Assembly (NCBI GenBank): GCA_030265395.1 | Contig: JARFYF010000094.1 | Span: forward strand, 56,486,866 to 56,550,865 | From: Rhina ancylostomus | Lineage: Eukaryota | Direction: 5' to 3' | Length of the DNA stretch: 64,000 nucleotides | Part shown: piece after piece, positions 51,871 to 64,000 of the stretch | How the letters are laid out: each line of letters begins with the position of its first letter | Position numbering within the stretch: the first letter of the stretch is position 1 | Program-made: the position numbers and the translations under genes | The notes under the pieces: generated by a model | The model's input: the letters and a program-made list of their open reading frames with translations, nothing else | What the model was told of the DNA's origin: nothing | The model's database searches: none

Positions 51871-52679
51871 AGGTTGTGAATTGCTTTCCAGCATCTACAA
51901 CTGTTGTTGTTAGGACACAAATCACAATATAAATGTTTTCATTATCTTTCTTCCAAATCTTGTGCAAAGAAGGATCATTTAATTAACAGCATGCTTCACC
52001 ACAACCCTCCTTTGGCACAGAAAAACTTATTGGATAGGAATGGAGAACTTCGAATGCAGGAAAGTTCATCGCAGGATAGATATTTATGGAGTTAATTCTG
52101 TACAATGACATATGGCAACTGGAAGAGCAACCATCAATGGTGCAGCAGTAGGAGGTGATGGCAGTCGTGTGCAGGGATCACAAAGCTACTTAGAAAGGCT
52201 CTATGTTGCCTCATACTTGGCTCATGCTGAAAGTAGTTCTATGCTTTCCCCAAGTTTAAGCTTACCACAATTCCCAACAAAAATACATGGCTTAATGATT
52301 TGGCTGGGCTTTACATTAAAGAAATTATCTATGATGCAAGACTACTGAGAAGAAGAAATTAAGCAAGGCTTTGTAGAATTGAGGAACAGTTCCAAGATAA
52401 TGATTCATTGACCTCTCTGTGTGAAGAGCTTGCATAAATTTTAAAGCTTCTAATTTAGTTTTTAAAACATATTATATACTAAATTAATGTGAATTTATTT
52501 TTAATGTGTTGAATGCAAGTTGAGACGTTTTAGTAAGTGATATTTTCTGCAACTAAGTACCGTTAAATAATGTTTTTATGATATAATTGTTTGAAATGGA
52601 GTAAAAGATAGTAATGCTTTAGTTATACATATATACAAACTACGTACTTATAGTGCACAGAGAATGTTACCAAGGGGTA

Positions 52680-53520
52680 ATTTTTATATCTCTGATACTT
52701 CTCTTCCTCTAGACTTCTCAAGGCATAGGTTAGTGACTAATATCCATTACAAACACACAGACTCCACACCTTTCTCATTGACACTTCCTCCCAGTCTACT
52801 TTGGCTCTGTCCTACTTGTTTTGATGAGATTTCCCATATCAGTGCATCTGAAATGCCTTCCTTTTTCTTTAACCATGGCTTCCTGTCCATTACAGTTGAC
52901 AGGGCTCTCAACCACATCTAAATATTTTCCTGCACCACCTCTTCTCCCATCCACAGCTCTTTCTTTGTCCTCACATTCCATCCACATCCCCAACTTCCAT
53001 ATTCAACAGATCATTCCTGTAACTTCCACCATCTTCAACAAGATGCCAACACCAGACACATCTTTCCTTCCCCTCCCAGACTTCCAAATGGACAAGTCCC
53101 TCTACAACTACTTGGTTAGCCACTCACTTCCCTTATCATGGCATCTTGCAACTACAAGAGAGTATCACCTCTCTTTTTTTCTCTTCCTTCCCTAGCTTCT
53201 GGGGATCCAAACATTCCTTCCAGTTGAAGAAACAATTTACTTGCACTTCTTCCAATCTAGTGTACTGCATTTGGTGCTCACGACATAGTCCCTCTACATT
53301 GGAGAAACCAAACACAGATTGGGTGATGGCTTTGCAGAGCACCTCTGTTCAATCTGCAAGGGTGATCCTGAGCTTCCAGTTCCCTGCCACTTTAATTCTC
53401 CACCCCAGTTTGTCTTGGGCTTTTCCAATGAAGCCCACTGTAAACTCAAGGAACACCATCTCATCTTCCATCCAGACACATTGCCGCCCTCAGGACACAA
53501 AATTGAATTAATCAATTTCA
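52680..53520 (+). mobile_element. Penelope-like element remnant (RT C-terminus and GIY-YIG endonuclease)
   Basis: LVTNIHYKHTDS (RT thumb 'IHYKPT'-like) at ~52730; FTCTSSNLVYCIWCSR then frameshifted YIGETK at ~53235-53312; FAEHLCSI and PVPCHFN follow. Confidence 0.75.
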
Positions 53521-53559
53521 GATCATGTCCAGTATGCATCAGAACTGTACAGTTCTAAT

Positions 53560-54750
53560 GTAAGTGAAAAGCAAAAATTGCAGATTCTGATAATCTGAAA
53601 AACATAAAAGCAGGGTCATTGATCTGAAATATTAACTGTTATTTTTCTCTCTCCACAGATGCTGCCTGATCTGCTAGCTATCTCCAGCATTTTCTACTTT
53701 AATTAAATTCTGAGGAAGATCATCAACCTGCAGTGTTATCTCAATTATTCTCTCTCCACAGATGCTGCCTGACCTGTTGGTTATTTCCTCAATCTCTATT
53801 GTTTCAATTTTCCAGCAACTGCTACGTTCTGCATCTCTAAGTACGAGTAGTTTGTATTTCTCTCTTTCCTCCATCTCATTCATTGCCCTCTATTTGCGCA
53901 TCTTCTGGATCGATCAGCTGTGATTAACCAGCTTTCACCAACCTCCCTCAGTCAGCACCAACCCCAGTTGTGTCATTTAGACACTGTTGGTCTCCACCTT
54001 ATCACAGACATTTCCTTTTCTTGCTCCACCCCTCCCCCTTATCAACAACTTAAAACATACTTGTTTTTCAACTTTTCCACGTTCTGATGGTAGGTCTTCA
54101 GCTTGAAACATTAAACCCAGTTTTCCTCTCCACAGATGCTGCCTGACCTGTTGAATATTTCCAGCATTTTCTGTTTTTATTTGAGATTTATATTACCTAC
54201 AACTTTTCAGTGTGTAATTTTCATGTTTAACTTGCAGGGGAAGGAAAAAGTAGGACGATCATCCATGAGGCAAGGTAAGGATTACCTGCTGTGCAGCTTA
54301 TTAGGGTTCTACAGGAAGTTAATGTATTACTTTTGTCTTTATTTTTATTAACATAATCACTTGGTTATTTGAGGAATCTCTTCTGCACTCAGAACCAGAT
54401 TAATATACCGGAACAAAAGAAACATCGTCAATCTGAAGCAACACACAAAGGTGCTGGAGGAACTCAGCGGTCATGCAGCATCAATATAGGGAAAATTGAC
54501 AGTCGACATTTCAGGTCGACCTTTCATCAGTCCAGACAAAGGGTCTTGGACCAAAACGTCAACTGTCCATTTCCCTCCATGGATGCTGCCTACCTAACCT
54601 GCTGAGTTCCTCCAGCTCCTTTGTGTGCTGTTTTCCAGATTTCCAGCATCCGTAGTCTCTTGCGTCTTCATCAATCTGAAACAAATTGTTTCTTTCTCTC
54701 TCCATAGATGCTGTCTGACCTGCTGAGTATTTCTAGCATTTTCTTTTGTT
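53560..54750. repeat. Cluster of Penelope-type terminal repeats (ctctccacagatgctgcctga...)
   Basis: Copies at ~53650, ~53753, ~54127 and ~54700. Further dispersed copies at ~42365, ~45080, ~55340 and ~60490. Confidence 0.75.
54438..54670. mobile_element. Palindromic short element (two inverted Penelope-type repeats) flanked by a 10-bp direct repeat
   Basis: Arms cacacaaaggtgctggaggaactcagc and gctgagttcctccagctcctttgtgtg. TCAATCTGAA at 54428-54437 and 54671-54680. Confidence 0.75.
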
Positions 54751-55689
54751 ATATCTATATACCAGTGATTAATGTATCAATAAAATTATTTCACTTTGTG
54801 TCCAAATGTGTAAGTACTGGGAGAATTCAACACACAATGTTAATCATCTCTTCTTCCTTCTCTCTCAGTCAAGGCACAAGAAATTAAAACACAACTTTCC
54901 TAATGGTCAATTTTGTTTAAAATGAAACTAGTATGTAGAAAGCTAACAGGTACTAAAGTCACAACTGATTTTCCAGTTTTCCTCATTCTCAACAATAGCC
55001 CTCGCTTGTAAAACAAGCCACAGTACTCATTTCCTCAGTTATGCTTTTGATATTTCTTCTTCAGCTTCTTCTCAAATAGCCTGTAACAGCCAGATTGGTT
55101 GTATTTCAAAAGACCTGGGACAGGTTCTTTAATAAATGCAATGGGCAAGGTTTTAACCAATTTGGAAGGGGGATGAGGGGAGCATCAGAAAGGAAGAACA
55201 AAATGCATGAGGTGCAGGCATTAATGGCTACAATGGAATGTTCTGATAACAGAAAACTTCCTGAGAAAAAAACCCGGCAAAACTGGCTACAAGTTCAGTC
55301 TGGATGAAGGGTCTCAAATCAAAACGTCAACTGTCCACTTCCCTCCATAGATGCTGACTTGCTGAGTTCCTCCATNNNNNNNNNNNNNNNNNNNNNNNNN
55401 NNNNNGACAAGAAATCCTCGTGCACAAAGAGAAAAATAGCAAAAGGGAGAGGCAGCAGAAGTAGAGCACTGTAGTACACTACAGCATTATTTGCAAGGAC
55501 TAGGGGCACAGAATTACCACAGATAATAGGAAGCGCTGCTGGCAACGATGTGAAAGCTGCAATGGCATATCCATGGAGAGGCTGCCCACTGTATCACAGC
55601 ATCTAGGAATGTTTCAACTTGTCAAAACAAACTGAAACACGAGAGCATTCTGTGTCCCCCAGGTTCACACCCTGGACCTTATTTTCAAG

Positions 55690-57310
55690 ATAAAGATGGG
55701 TTAAAAACTTTGAGGTGGTGATGTTGGAGACAATGTAGATCTGGATAATCATACTGTACAGAGCAGAGAGGTTAAAGAATCTTGGAAGTGTTCAGGAGAA
55801 CTTCCTTAATTAGTATGTTCCCAGCCCAATGAGAAAGGAAGCTTTTCTGAACCTCTGGTTTTGGGGAATAAGGTAACTCAAGTATTACAAATGTCAGAAT
55901 GGGAACATTTAGGGAACATGGTTTTCCTATAATAAGGTTTGGATTAACTATTGAAAAGGTTAGTGCAATCTAGGATGAAAATACTTAACTGGTGAAAGCC
56001 ACTTTCAGTGTGCTAAAAACTTATCTGGCTAGGGTAAAATGACATCAATGATTGATAAGCAAAGCTGAATGAGGAATGGATGACCTTTAAAGAGGAAATA
56101 GTTTGGTTAAACTTTAGCCAATTTCCTACAGTGGGGAAAGGTAGGGGAACCAGAGACAACATTTTCTAGATAATGAAAGAGATCTAGAAAATATGATTGA
56201 GAACCAGTATGGAAAGTTCAAAGTGAAAATGAAAAAGGAAATAAAAAGGTCAAAGGGTTAACTGAGAGTAGACTGGCAGTTAATATAAAAAGGAATTTAA
56301 TTTTTTTTGCTGTGCATATAAATAGTAAATGAGAAGGGGAGGGGTGGGTCAGTTACGGATCAAAAAGCAGACCTGTGAATGGATGTAAAGATCATGGAAG
56401 AGGTAATAAATGAGTACTTGCCAGCTTTTCTACCACAGATACAGCTGTCAAAGTCACAGCGAGAGAAGAAATTATTGAGATACTGGATATGGTAAAAATC
56501 AAAAGAGAGAGGTACTAGAAAAAATTGGCTGTACTAAGAGCAGACACATCATCAGGTCTGAAATGCTAAGCTGCTGAGGGAAGGAAGAGTGAAAAATATA
56601 TAGGTACAAGACAAAGGGTTGAAAATTTTAAAGTGTTACATCTTTATTCAAAAGCATGCAAGGATAAACCCACAACTACAGACCAGTCAGAGCTGTCAGA
56701 AACAATAAGATGGGTGAAATTAATAGCCAGTTGAGGAGGCATGATTAATACAGCCCACATCATATTGTTACATGACAACTGTGTTTAACTAACATGTTTT
56801 TGGGTTAGGAAGCAGAAGGGTTAATGAAGCCATTCCTTTTCTATTTTTATATCTACATACCAGTGGTAAAGTGCCACACAATGGACCTGTCAACAAAACC
56901 AAATCCCCTGAAATATATCAGGCAGTGCCAGCAGGAATACAACATTTTGTAAGAAACAAAGTCTTGGTCAAAGTTGTCTTTCATACTGGATGAAAGGAAA
57001 CAGTGATGTTCCCCAGGACCACCACTTATATTGATACAGTAATGGTTTGGATGTATGCAGCAAAACTTCAAAATGTGCAGATGACATGGAACTTGGAAGT
57101 AAAGAGTATGGAGAAAAATGACCATATCAGACAGGCAAGTTGGCGGAGTGGGCAGGTACATGGCAGATAAGATTTAATGCAGAGAGGTGCAAAATGCCAC
57201 ATTTTAATAACAACAACAACAGACAATAAAAGCTGAAGAATGCAAGTCAAAGAGACCAGGCCATATGTACACAATGCTTTGGAGGTTGCCAAGACAAGTT
57301 AAGAAAGCCT
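55690..57310 (+). mobile_element. Highly degenerate CR1 LINE ORF2
   Basis: Remnant motifs: 'gtgttcaggagaacttccttaattagtatgtt' (endonuclease end), 'aactacagaccagtcag' (NYRPVS), 'ggcagataagatttaatgcagagaggtgc' (WQxxFNxxKC). Confidence 0.6.
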
Positions 57311-60300
57311 AGTTTTCTCTAACGTTTTGGGAATGCATTTCATAATTCCACTTGGTATACATTACACCACTGGATTAGCAGAAAAAAAACTTGTCAAAAC
57401 AAAATTATGTCTAAGAAATATAAAACAAGTGAAGACCCTACCAGTAACTGAATTCTCTTTAAATACACGGCACTATATAGTGCCCTGTTGACCCAGTGGA
57501 AGTCTCCATTCATTCTTATTAAATGAGGACTTTCTTAGACCATACCAAAGGAAGCAGCAGCCAAAATGTAAAATAAGCAGGAAATGCAAACACTTAGAAA
57601 TAAGGACTAAATAAGTAAGCAGTCAGCGTGAAGTTCAATCTCATCTTCTGACTAGGAACATTACAATCTTCCACAGATAACAGTAAGCCCAGCAAATTCA
57701 GAAGATCAGCATTTCTAACAGTTGCATTTCCCATTTCCAGCATCTAGCATTTTTCTTTGGTAACTTTAGGTAATTATTCTATTCCCCCCACCCTTCCCCT
57801 ATACCTCTCAAGTCCAAATTTTTTAATGAAATCATCGGTGTACAAGGAAGGATTTCAGATGAAAAATCTAGTACATTTTAGACACTGCACTAGGGAATTT
57901 AAAGACATAGGCCAGAATCACTTAAACAAAAGATTTAAAATCTACAGGATACTGGTTAATGTTTTTCCTCCAATTTACCATGGGCCAAGTTTTAATCCTC
58001 TTGTCATTGATGGAACCTGATCTCTGTGATCTCAGCATTAGACCTGGTTGTGCATTTATACACTGAGCCACCATGCAGCAAGATGTGTGCTCACTCTTCT
58101 TCATTTAGGTGCAGTAACTGTATGGATGTCTTAAAGCATAAATATATCCTTTGTGGAAAGAACTTAAAGAGTGTAGTGAAAGACACATCTTTCATATCTA
58201 AATGGGAAAATCTCCAGCTGGGGCCAGGAGCAGTGAACCACTGAATTCCAGAGATCTTCTCTGCTTCATGGTTTGCATAAATGAAATTATCAGGAATAGT
58301 TCCTATAACATTTAATTTGCTAAAGAAAACCAAGTTGAACTGTTCTAAACATAAGTATCACTAATAACCTTGCAGTGAAAAGACTTAGGAATAAGTGGAC
58401 TGGTTCTCAATGTGGACAAATTTAATGTTTAATCAATGCGGCAGGATTACATAATTTAGATCACAGGCCATGGCACGCGATATGGCCTCATATTTTGGAA
58501 TGTATGGAAGTAGTTATTTGAAAGACGGCCCAAAACCAGCAATAGGACATAACAAATATCTTCATAGTGATATCATACCTTGGGGAAAAAAAAACTCCTT
58601 TCCAATTGGGAAAAAATTATCAATAGTGACATGTTGTTGACCAGTCACAAAGATGACCAAAAACTTGACTTTTCTTTCACTGATGAGACAGGCATATTGT
58701 GTACCCAGCAAGGACAAAACTGGTAGTCTATTCCATACAAATACACGAACATAAACAAAGGTGCCTTGTGAGGATGAGACATGGTTGCAGCTTTTCATCT
58801 CTATAAATGATTAAGATAATGGAGTACAAAGCCAAGTATAAAGTTTGCAATGAGGCAAAGGTAGGTGGTGGTGTAACTAGTTTAGATAAAACATCGCACC
58901 AAATGAAATTAAGAACTGATTTTTATATGTATTGTTCATCCTCAGTGCTTTGGGATATGTGGGGGGGGGGGGCGGCACGTACGGGGAGGAGGGAAATCAC
59001 AAAAAAAGCCCATTAATACTAATGCTAACTTTTAAAGAAAATTTATAAATTATAAATACCTTAAATTATAATATNNNNNNNNNNNNNNNNATTGTTTTCA
59101 TGGAATAACTGAAAGGAAAAAGTAGTCAACCAATAAATAAGTGTTGGAGCATGCAAAACCTTTTAGATATTATGCAGTTTTGCTGAATATAATTTTTGAT
59201 GGGAATGGATTGGTGCCAAAGGATTAGAGAAATTCTGCAGAACTTCCCCTCAGCTGGGGTTTGTAATGACAGGTTGGACGTGATCTGTGCAGGGAGTAGG
59301 TCTGCTAGAACAAATGGCCACTTTCATTCCATTCTGGTTCTCTAACTTGGCAATCTGTGTCCTTTTCTCAATGTGTGTTATTGTGAAATTCTGCTATTAC
59401 CATTAAGGGAATCTTGCCTTTCTTCTGAAAAATGAGATAACACCCCAAATGACTGCACCTTAAGGAAGGTTCTGGTAGCCTGATCCCCACCTGCTTTCCA
59501 TTTGGTTCTTTGGGCATTTATTGAAACTTTTCAATCTCACTTCAAAGAGATTGCTTTAAAAGTGGTCCTCTGCTTCCCCTGCCCAACTGCTATGAAACCT
59601 TGTTCATACAGCCAAGCACAGGCAGAAGAAACCATCCCATTAAAAGTAGATGCCAAAGTTTGCAAAAAAATTAGAAGTCAATAAGAAAAATCCACAAGTC
59701 TCCAGGTACCCACTGGAGCTGGATTTATTTGTGCCACTTGCCAGCATAGGAAATTATTTGAAATGATTTGGAAATGGGCCACTAAAATATTATAATTTTC
59801 GCATTGTAAAATAAACCTAAACCACGATACATCTTGAATACAATACAACCCTGATTTTTTTTTGTCAAAAACTGAATGCTGATAAAAGAAACCCTTCTGG
59901 CATTGGGACATAGTATGAACTGGAATGTCATCTTTCTTAAATAGTATTTCAAATGGTTTTCCCCATTTGATTAATTGCCTATTATTTTTGATATGGATGT
60001 CAAACAAATAAGCAGTAAAATAACAAAGGGTTGTTACACTTGAACTGTATTGAGGTGAAAGTAGAAAACAAGTGGGAAAAAAATGACAATTTTGTATGCC
60101 CCAATGTGACCCACAAACCTAAGTTAATTAAATTTTAGTTTTTATTTGCCAATTTTATAGGACTGGATGTTTGGCAAGGGCTGTTGCTGCTTTAGTAGTA
60201 AAGACCACATCATAACATAATCTCTAAGTACTGGCAGACTCAGAAAATGGAACATTAAATTCTTTTATTAATAGTCTTTTGGACCCAGACCATTTGCATA

Positions 60301-63300
60301 AGAGGCCCAACAAGAAAAAATGCTTGGAGATTCTAAATACTTTAATTCTGATGTCACTTGAGTTGGACATCTGGGATGTTCAGAACTGTAAAGGTTTGAC
60401 AGATACAGGGAAGAAAGAATAGAGTGAGTGTTAAATGATAGAGTTCTGAGGAAGGATCTTCAACCTGAAACATTAACCATTTCTATTCCCACACATGCAG
60501 CTGACCTCCTGAATGTTTCCAGCATTTTCTAATTTAGATTTCCAGCATCTGCAGGTTATTTTTGGTTGGAAGGAGGCTGAAGCTGCAAATCCTACGACTA
60601 TTAATTAAACTATCAGATGGGGTTTCTTTGTCCACCAGGAAAGTGAAACTCTTCTTTCTAATAACTTAGACTTAAGAGTTACAAAACTTTCCTATATCAG
60701 CCACAGCTCTGTTGGGAGCCTGCCAGCATGATGCAGAAGGTTGTGGGTTCAAACCACATTCTAAAGACTTGTGCTATCACATTGTGGGAGGTGTGATGAG
60801 ATGTTAGAGCAAATCCTGCTGCCTCTCCAAAGTGGACATAAAAAATGCCATGGCAAAATTTGAAGAGGAGTTTATTTCTCCTTTCCCCAGTATCAACATT
60901 CCATAGCACATCGCAAGCACATGAACTCTAAGGACAAAGCTGGCTGATGCACGGGAACTCTGCGAGCTTTATTCACTATTACAGTGCATTCCTGAAATAG
61001 TTCAAAGCCTGAAGAAACACTTTCATCACTGGTCCTTTCACCAATTATCTTAGACCATGTCTTTGAAAATGATTTAGTATACTTTAAATTTTACACTGCT
61101 TTCATTTATAAAATTATGTATTCTGCATACTTTTAAACTGTTTTACAAATGCTTTAAAAACACATTATCTGATCATTCATCTTACTAACATTTATGGAAT
61201 CTTGCTTTACACAAACTCCTACATCCATTAGTGGCTATACTATACTGTCTCTAAGGTAGCGAAAGATGATATATGAACGTCGCGGTTTTCTTTCTAACGG
61301 AATGAACAGTCTTATTGGCCCTTATTGCGATGGATATGTAAAACACTAATATTCATATTCAACAGAAATTTGACACTTGATACTACAGCTACAGAAGAAT
61401 GGTTTTGCATACTGTCACCTGTGTACAAAACCATCCTTTTGTAACTGTAGTAAAGATACATTGACTCTTAACTTGCACCTAACTTCCACTTAACAAACCC
61501 ATGGGTGCTTGAACTACATTGTTTTAAAGCAGAACCAACCAAAAAAGGAAAATATTATGGAATAAAAGATTTGGCTGGCTTTTAAACTCTCTGGAATATA
61601 ACTATAATGATGAAAGGAGCAGCTGTACATTTTAATTTGGTCAGCATCTGCTGAGAGCTGTTTTAACAGTGTGATTCCCACAAAATGGTCTATTTTCAAT
61701 ATAGTTCTTCAAGTAGGGCATATTTTATTCATTAAGGTTACAACTCAGAGTGCTACTTTTCCTCACGTTTTAGATGATTTTTGTTTAGAACAGATCTAAT
61801 AAAACTTGCAAATAAAAAAATTGTGTATCTGCAATGTTCTGATTTAATCAGACATCTCTTTTAGAATGAAATTTCATAACACAGCTAGAGTTTAGAAGTA
61901 TATTTAACAAATCTTTGAAGTTAGAAGCTGACATCTGGGACTCTACTGTCTGTAACAGCACAGAATGTACTATATAGGATTTCTACAGTTTTGCTCGGAT
62001 CTATTTTTAGCCAAGGCTGAATATCATTTCCTGAGAGAATTTCTCACTATAAAGAACTTTATACTTTAGGCTTGTGTTTCATAATTATGCGCTGTAATTA
62101 TGAAGTTCCAAAGGGAGAACTAAAGCCCCATTGTTCTATCAGTTCATTTATGGTCTGTGTCAAACTTAGAAGAAAAAGAAATGCAACAGAACCAATCCTC
62201 TGCCCCACTAATTTCTGTTGGGGCAGGGGTGAGAACAAAAAGTCATGATATCCTTCCACGCAAAATACACTGTGTTCGCAAAGGTAGTTTGAAACACCAC
62301 TATCAAAGACTAACAGATGGAATACAGCTGGGGCCACATTAACGCTGGGGAGTGAAAACCATGGCCATCTAAAGAGAGCTTGAGAACCTTCAGTGCTGAA
62401 ATGTTGTAGCTGTCATCAGCAGTAAGGGAAGTCCCACTAGATTTGTCATGAACGCAGAAAGAGGGTAGTGATGCCAGGCAAGAACTCTATTTGAAACCTA
62501 GGTTTTCAAAATGAGAGGAATGGTAGTTAAAAAAGGAAGTAATCATAAAAACAGATTTTATTTAGAATAGAGAATAGGGGATGAAGAAAAATAAACAAAT
62601 TAAGAAAAATGCTTGGGATTCTTTGGATTTTATAAAGACTGAATGAATAGAGTCTGATGTCTACACAACGAAGGCTGTGATACTGCACAATTTCCACCTC
62701 TGTGTGTAGTTAAGGATTAAATTCTAAACTACACTTCTGCTGGATTTTGGCTATGCAGCTTGATGTATTAGAACAGGAAGAGGCATTAGAGAATTCTAAA
62801 AAAAAAACAAAGCCAAGAATCATCAAAAAATTACACTAACGACCAAATCATACAACCCGATTCTAACTAGAACCAGCTGGCCAAAACCAGGCAGGGCACT
62901 GCTGTAAGGAAGGTAAGGTGGCAAGCAATCAGGTCTCTTGTCAAGAGGCATAGTTTGGAAAAATATGACTGTTTAACTAATTTAACTTGGCTGGTATATT
63001 GCCATGATAATTTCTGCCCTATGTTATTGAATAATGTGACTAGTAAAATAAAATTATGTAATTTAAAATGGTTTCTTAAAGTGAAAACATTTCTTTTCAG
63101 CTTCTTTATTCTGTGTTACACAGTACAACACACAATTCATTAACGAGGTTATCCCAAATTTGTCCAGACCACAGAGCAGCACTCCAGAGTGAGGCCAACT
63201 GGTATAAATTAGTTTTTGTTTTATTCCCAGCTGATCAGTTATGCCTGGGAGGAAGTGCTCAGAGCCAAAAATCATAAGATGAAAAAATAATGGGAAACAT

Positions 63301-64000
63301 TATGCATTGATTAAAATCCAACAGACTTAAGTGCAAAACAATTAATCAGATACGTTGAAATGTATCTATCAGTTCTCTACAGGATTAGAGACTATATCAA
63401 TACAGGCAGAAATGAATGTGATCAAGAAAAATTGTGCCCTATATGCTCTCTAGAATTACCAGTAGGGCACTGACAGTTCTGGCTAACAGGAGTTTCAACC
63501 AGTAAAACTCTGCTGCCCTCCAGCGTCCATTTTACACCACTCAAGCCTTAAAATAACTTTTACCCATCAGGAAGACAACAAATCCTTGAAGTGTTTCTGA
63601 GATCCTTGGGTACTTTGACCAAGAGACAAGATGTTTCTAAAGAGACTAATGTCAAAGAGGGCACTGCAGTAGAGACAAATGCTGTTATGAGGTCACACAG
63701 CACAAAATCAGGCCTTTGGCCATCTGACTCTGTGCCTGCACCTGAAACAACATTCACACGAGTAACTGCACTTCCAGAAGTGGCTTGGCTGTATTTAAGA
63801 ACAAAATTGGTTTGCTCTTTCCTAACTGAAGGACAAGGGCCAATTGTGTAGCATGCAAAAATCAGAATTGGTTGAATCTTGAATTTAGATTTAAATCTTG
63901 GAGAAACCCAATTCAAATAGTTCAGTTATTCAGTGGGCAAACATACCAAGCCCCAGTGTTCCATGTTGTCACTATACTTGAAGTCAATTATTCTATGAAT

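Noticed and set aside
62196-62229. 11-bp hairpin cctctgcccca...tggggcagggg
   Set aside because: Too short to distinguish from chance, with no snoRNA boxes or miRNA-length stem.

Overview
Eukaryotic genomic DNA from a gapped draft assembly. The repeat content (HE1-like V-SINEs, CR1/HER1, Rex1, Tx1, Penelope-like elements) points to a cartilaginous fish (shark or ray); this is an inference. Two genes are recognisable, both on the minus strand. (1) The 3' two-thirds of WDR33, the CPSF/mPSF poly(A)-signal recognition subunit. I traced 14 coding exons from 50464 to the TGA at 13327 with AG acceptors, GT donors and consistent phases; one donor is lost in a gap. They encode WD40 repeats, a collagen-like GPQGHP region and an RG-rich C-terminus. 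(2) The 5' end of LIMS2 (PINCH2), seen as two alternative first coding exons (MTGS micro-exon at 8174-8184 and an 'LYRRR'-type exon at 5032-5147), with a CArG-box-containing promoter. This matches the LIMS2-WDR33 order in human. Most other sequence is intron or intergenic DNA full of degenerate retroelements, and most long ORFs in the track are N-gap or antisense artefacts. Points worth checking: an in-frame TGA inside the large WDR33 exon, a missing WDR33 penultimate exon, a ~150-bp intronic hairpin, a TSD-flanked palindromic Penelope-type repeat with a hammerhead-like core, and a speculative alternative terminal exon. I found no convincing wholly new biological system. Protein identifications rest on recalled human sequences, not on database searches.
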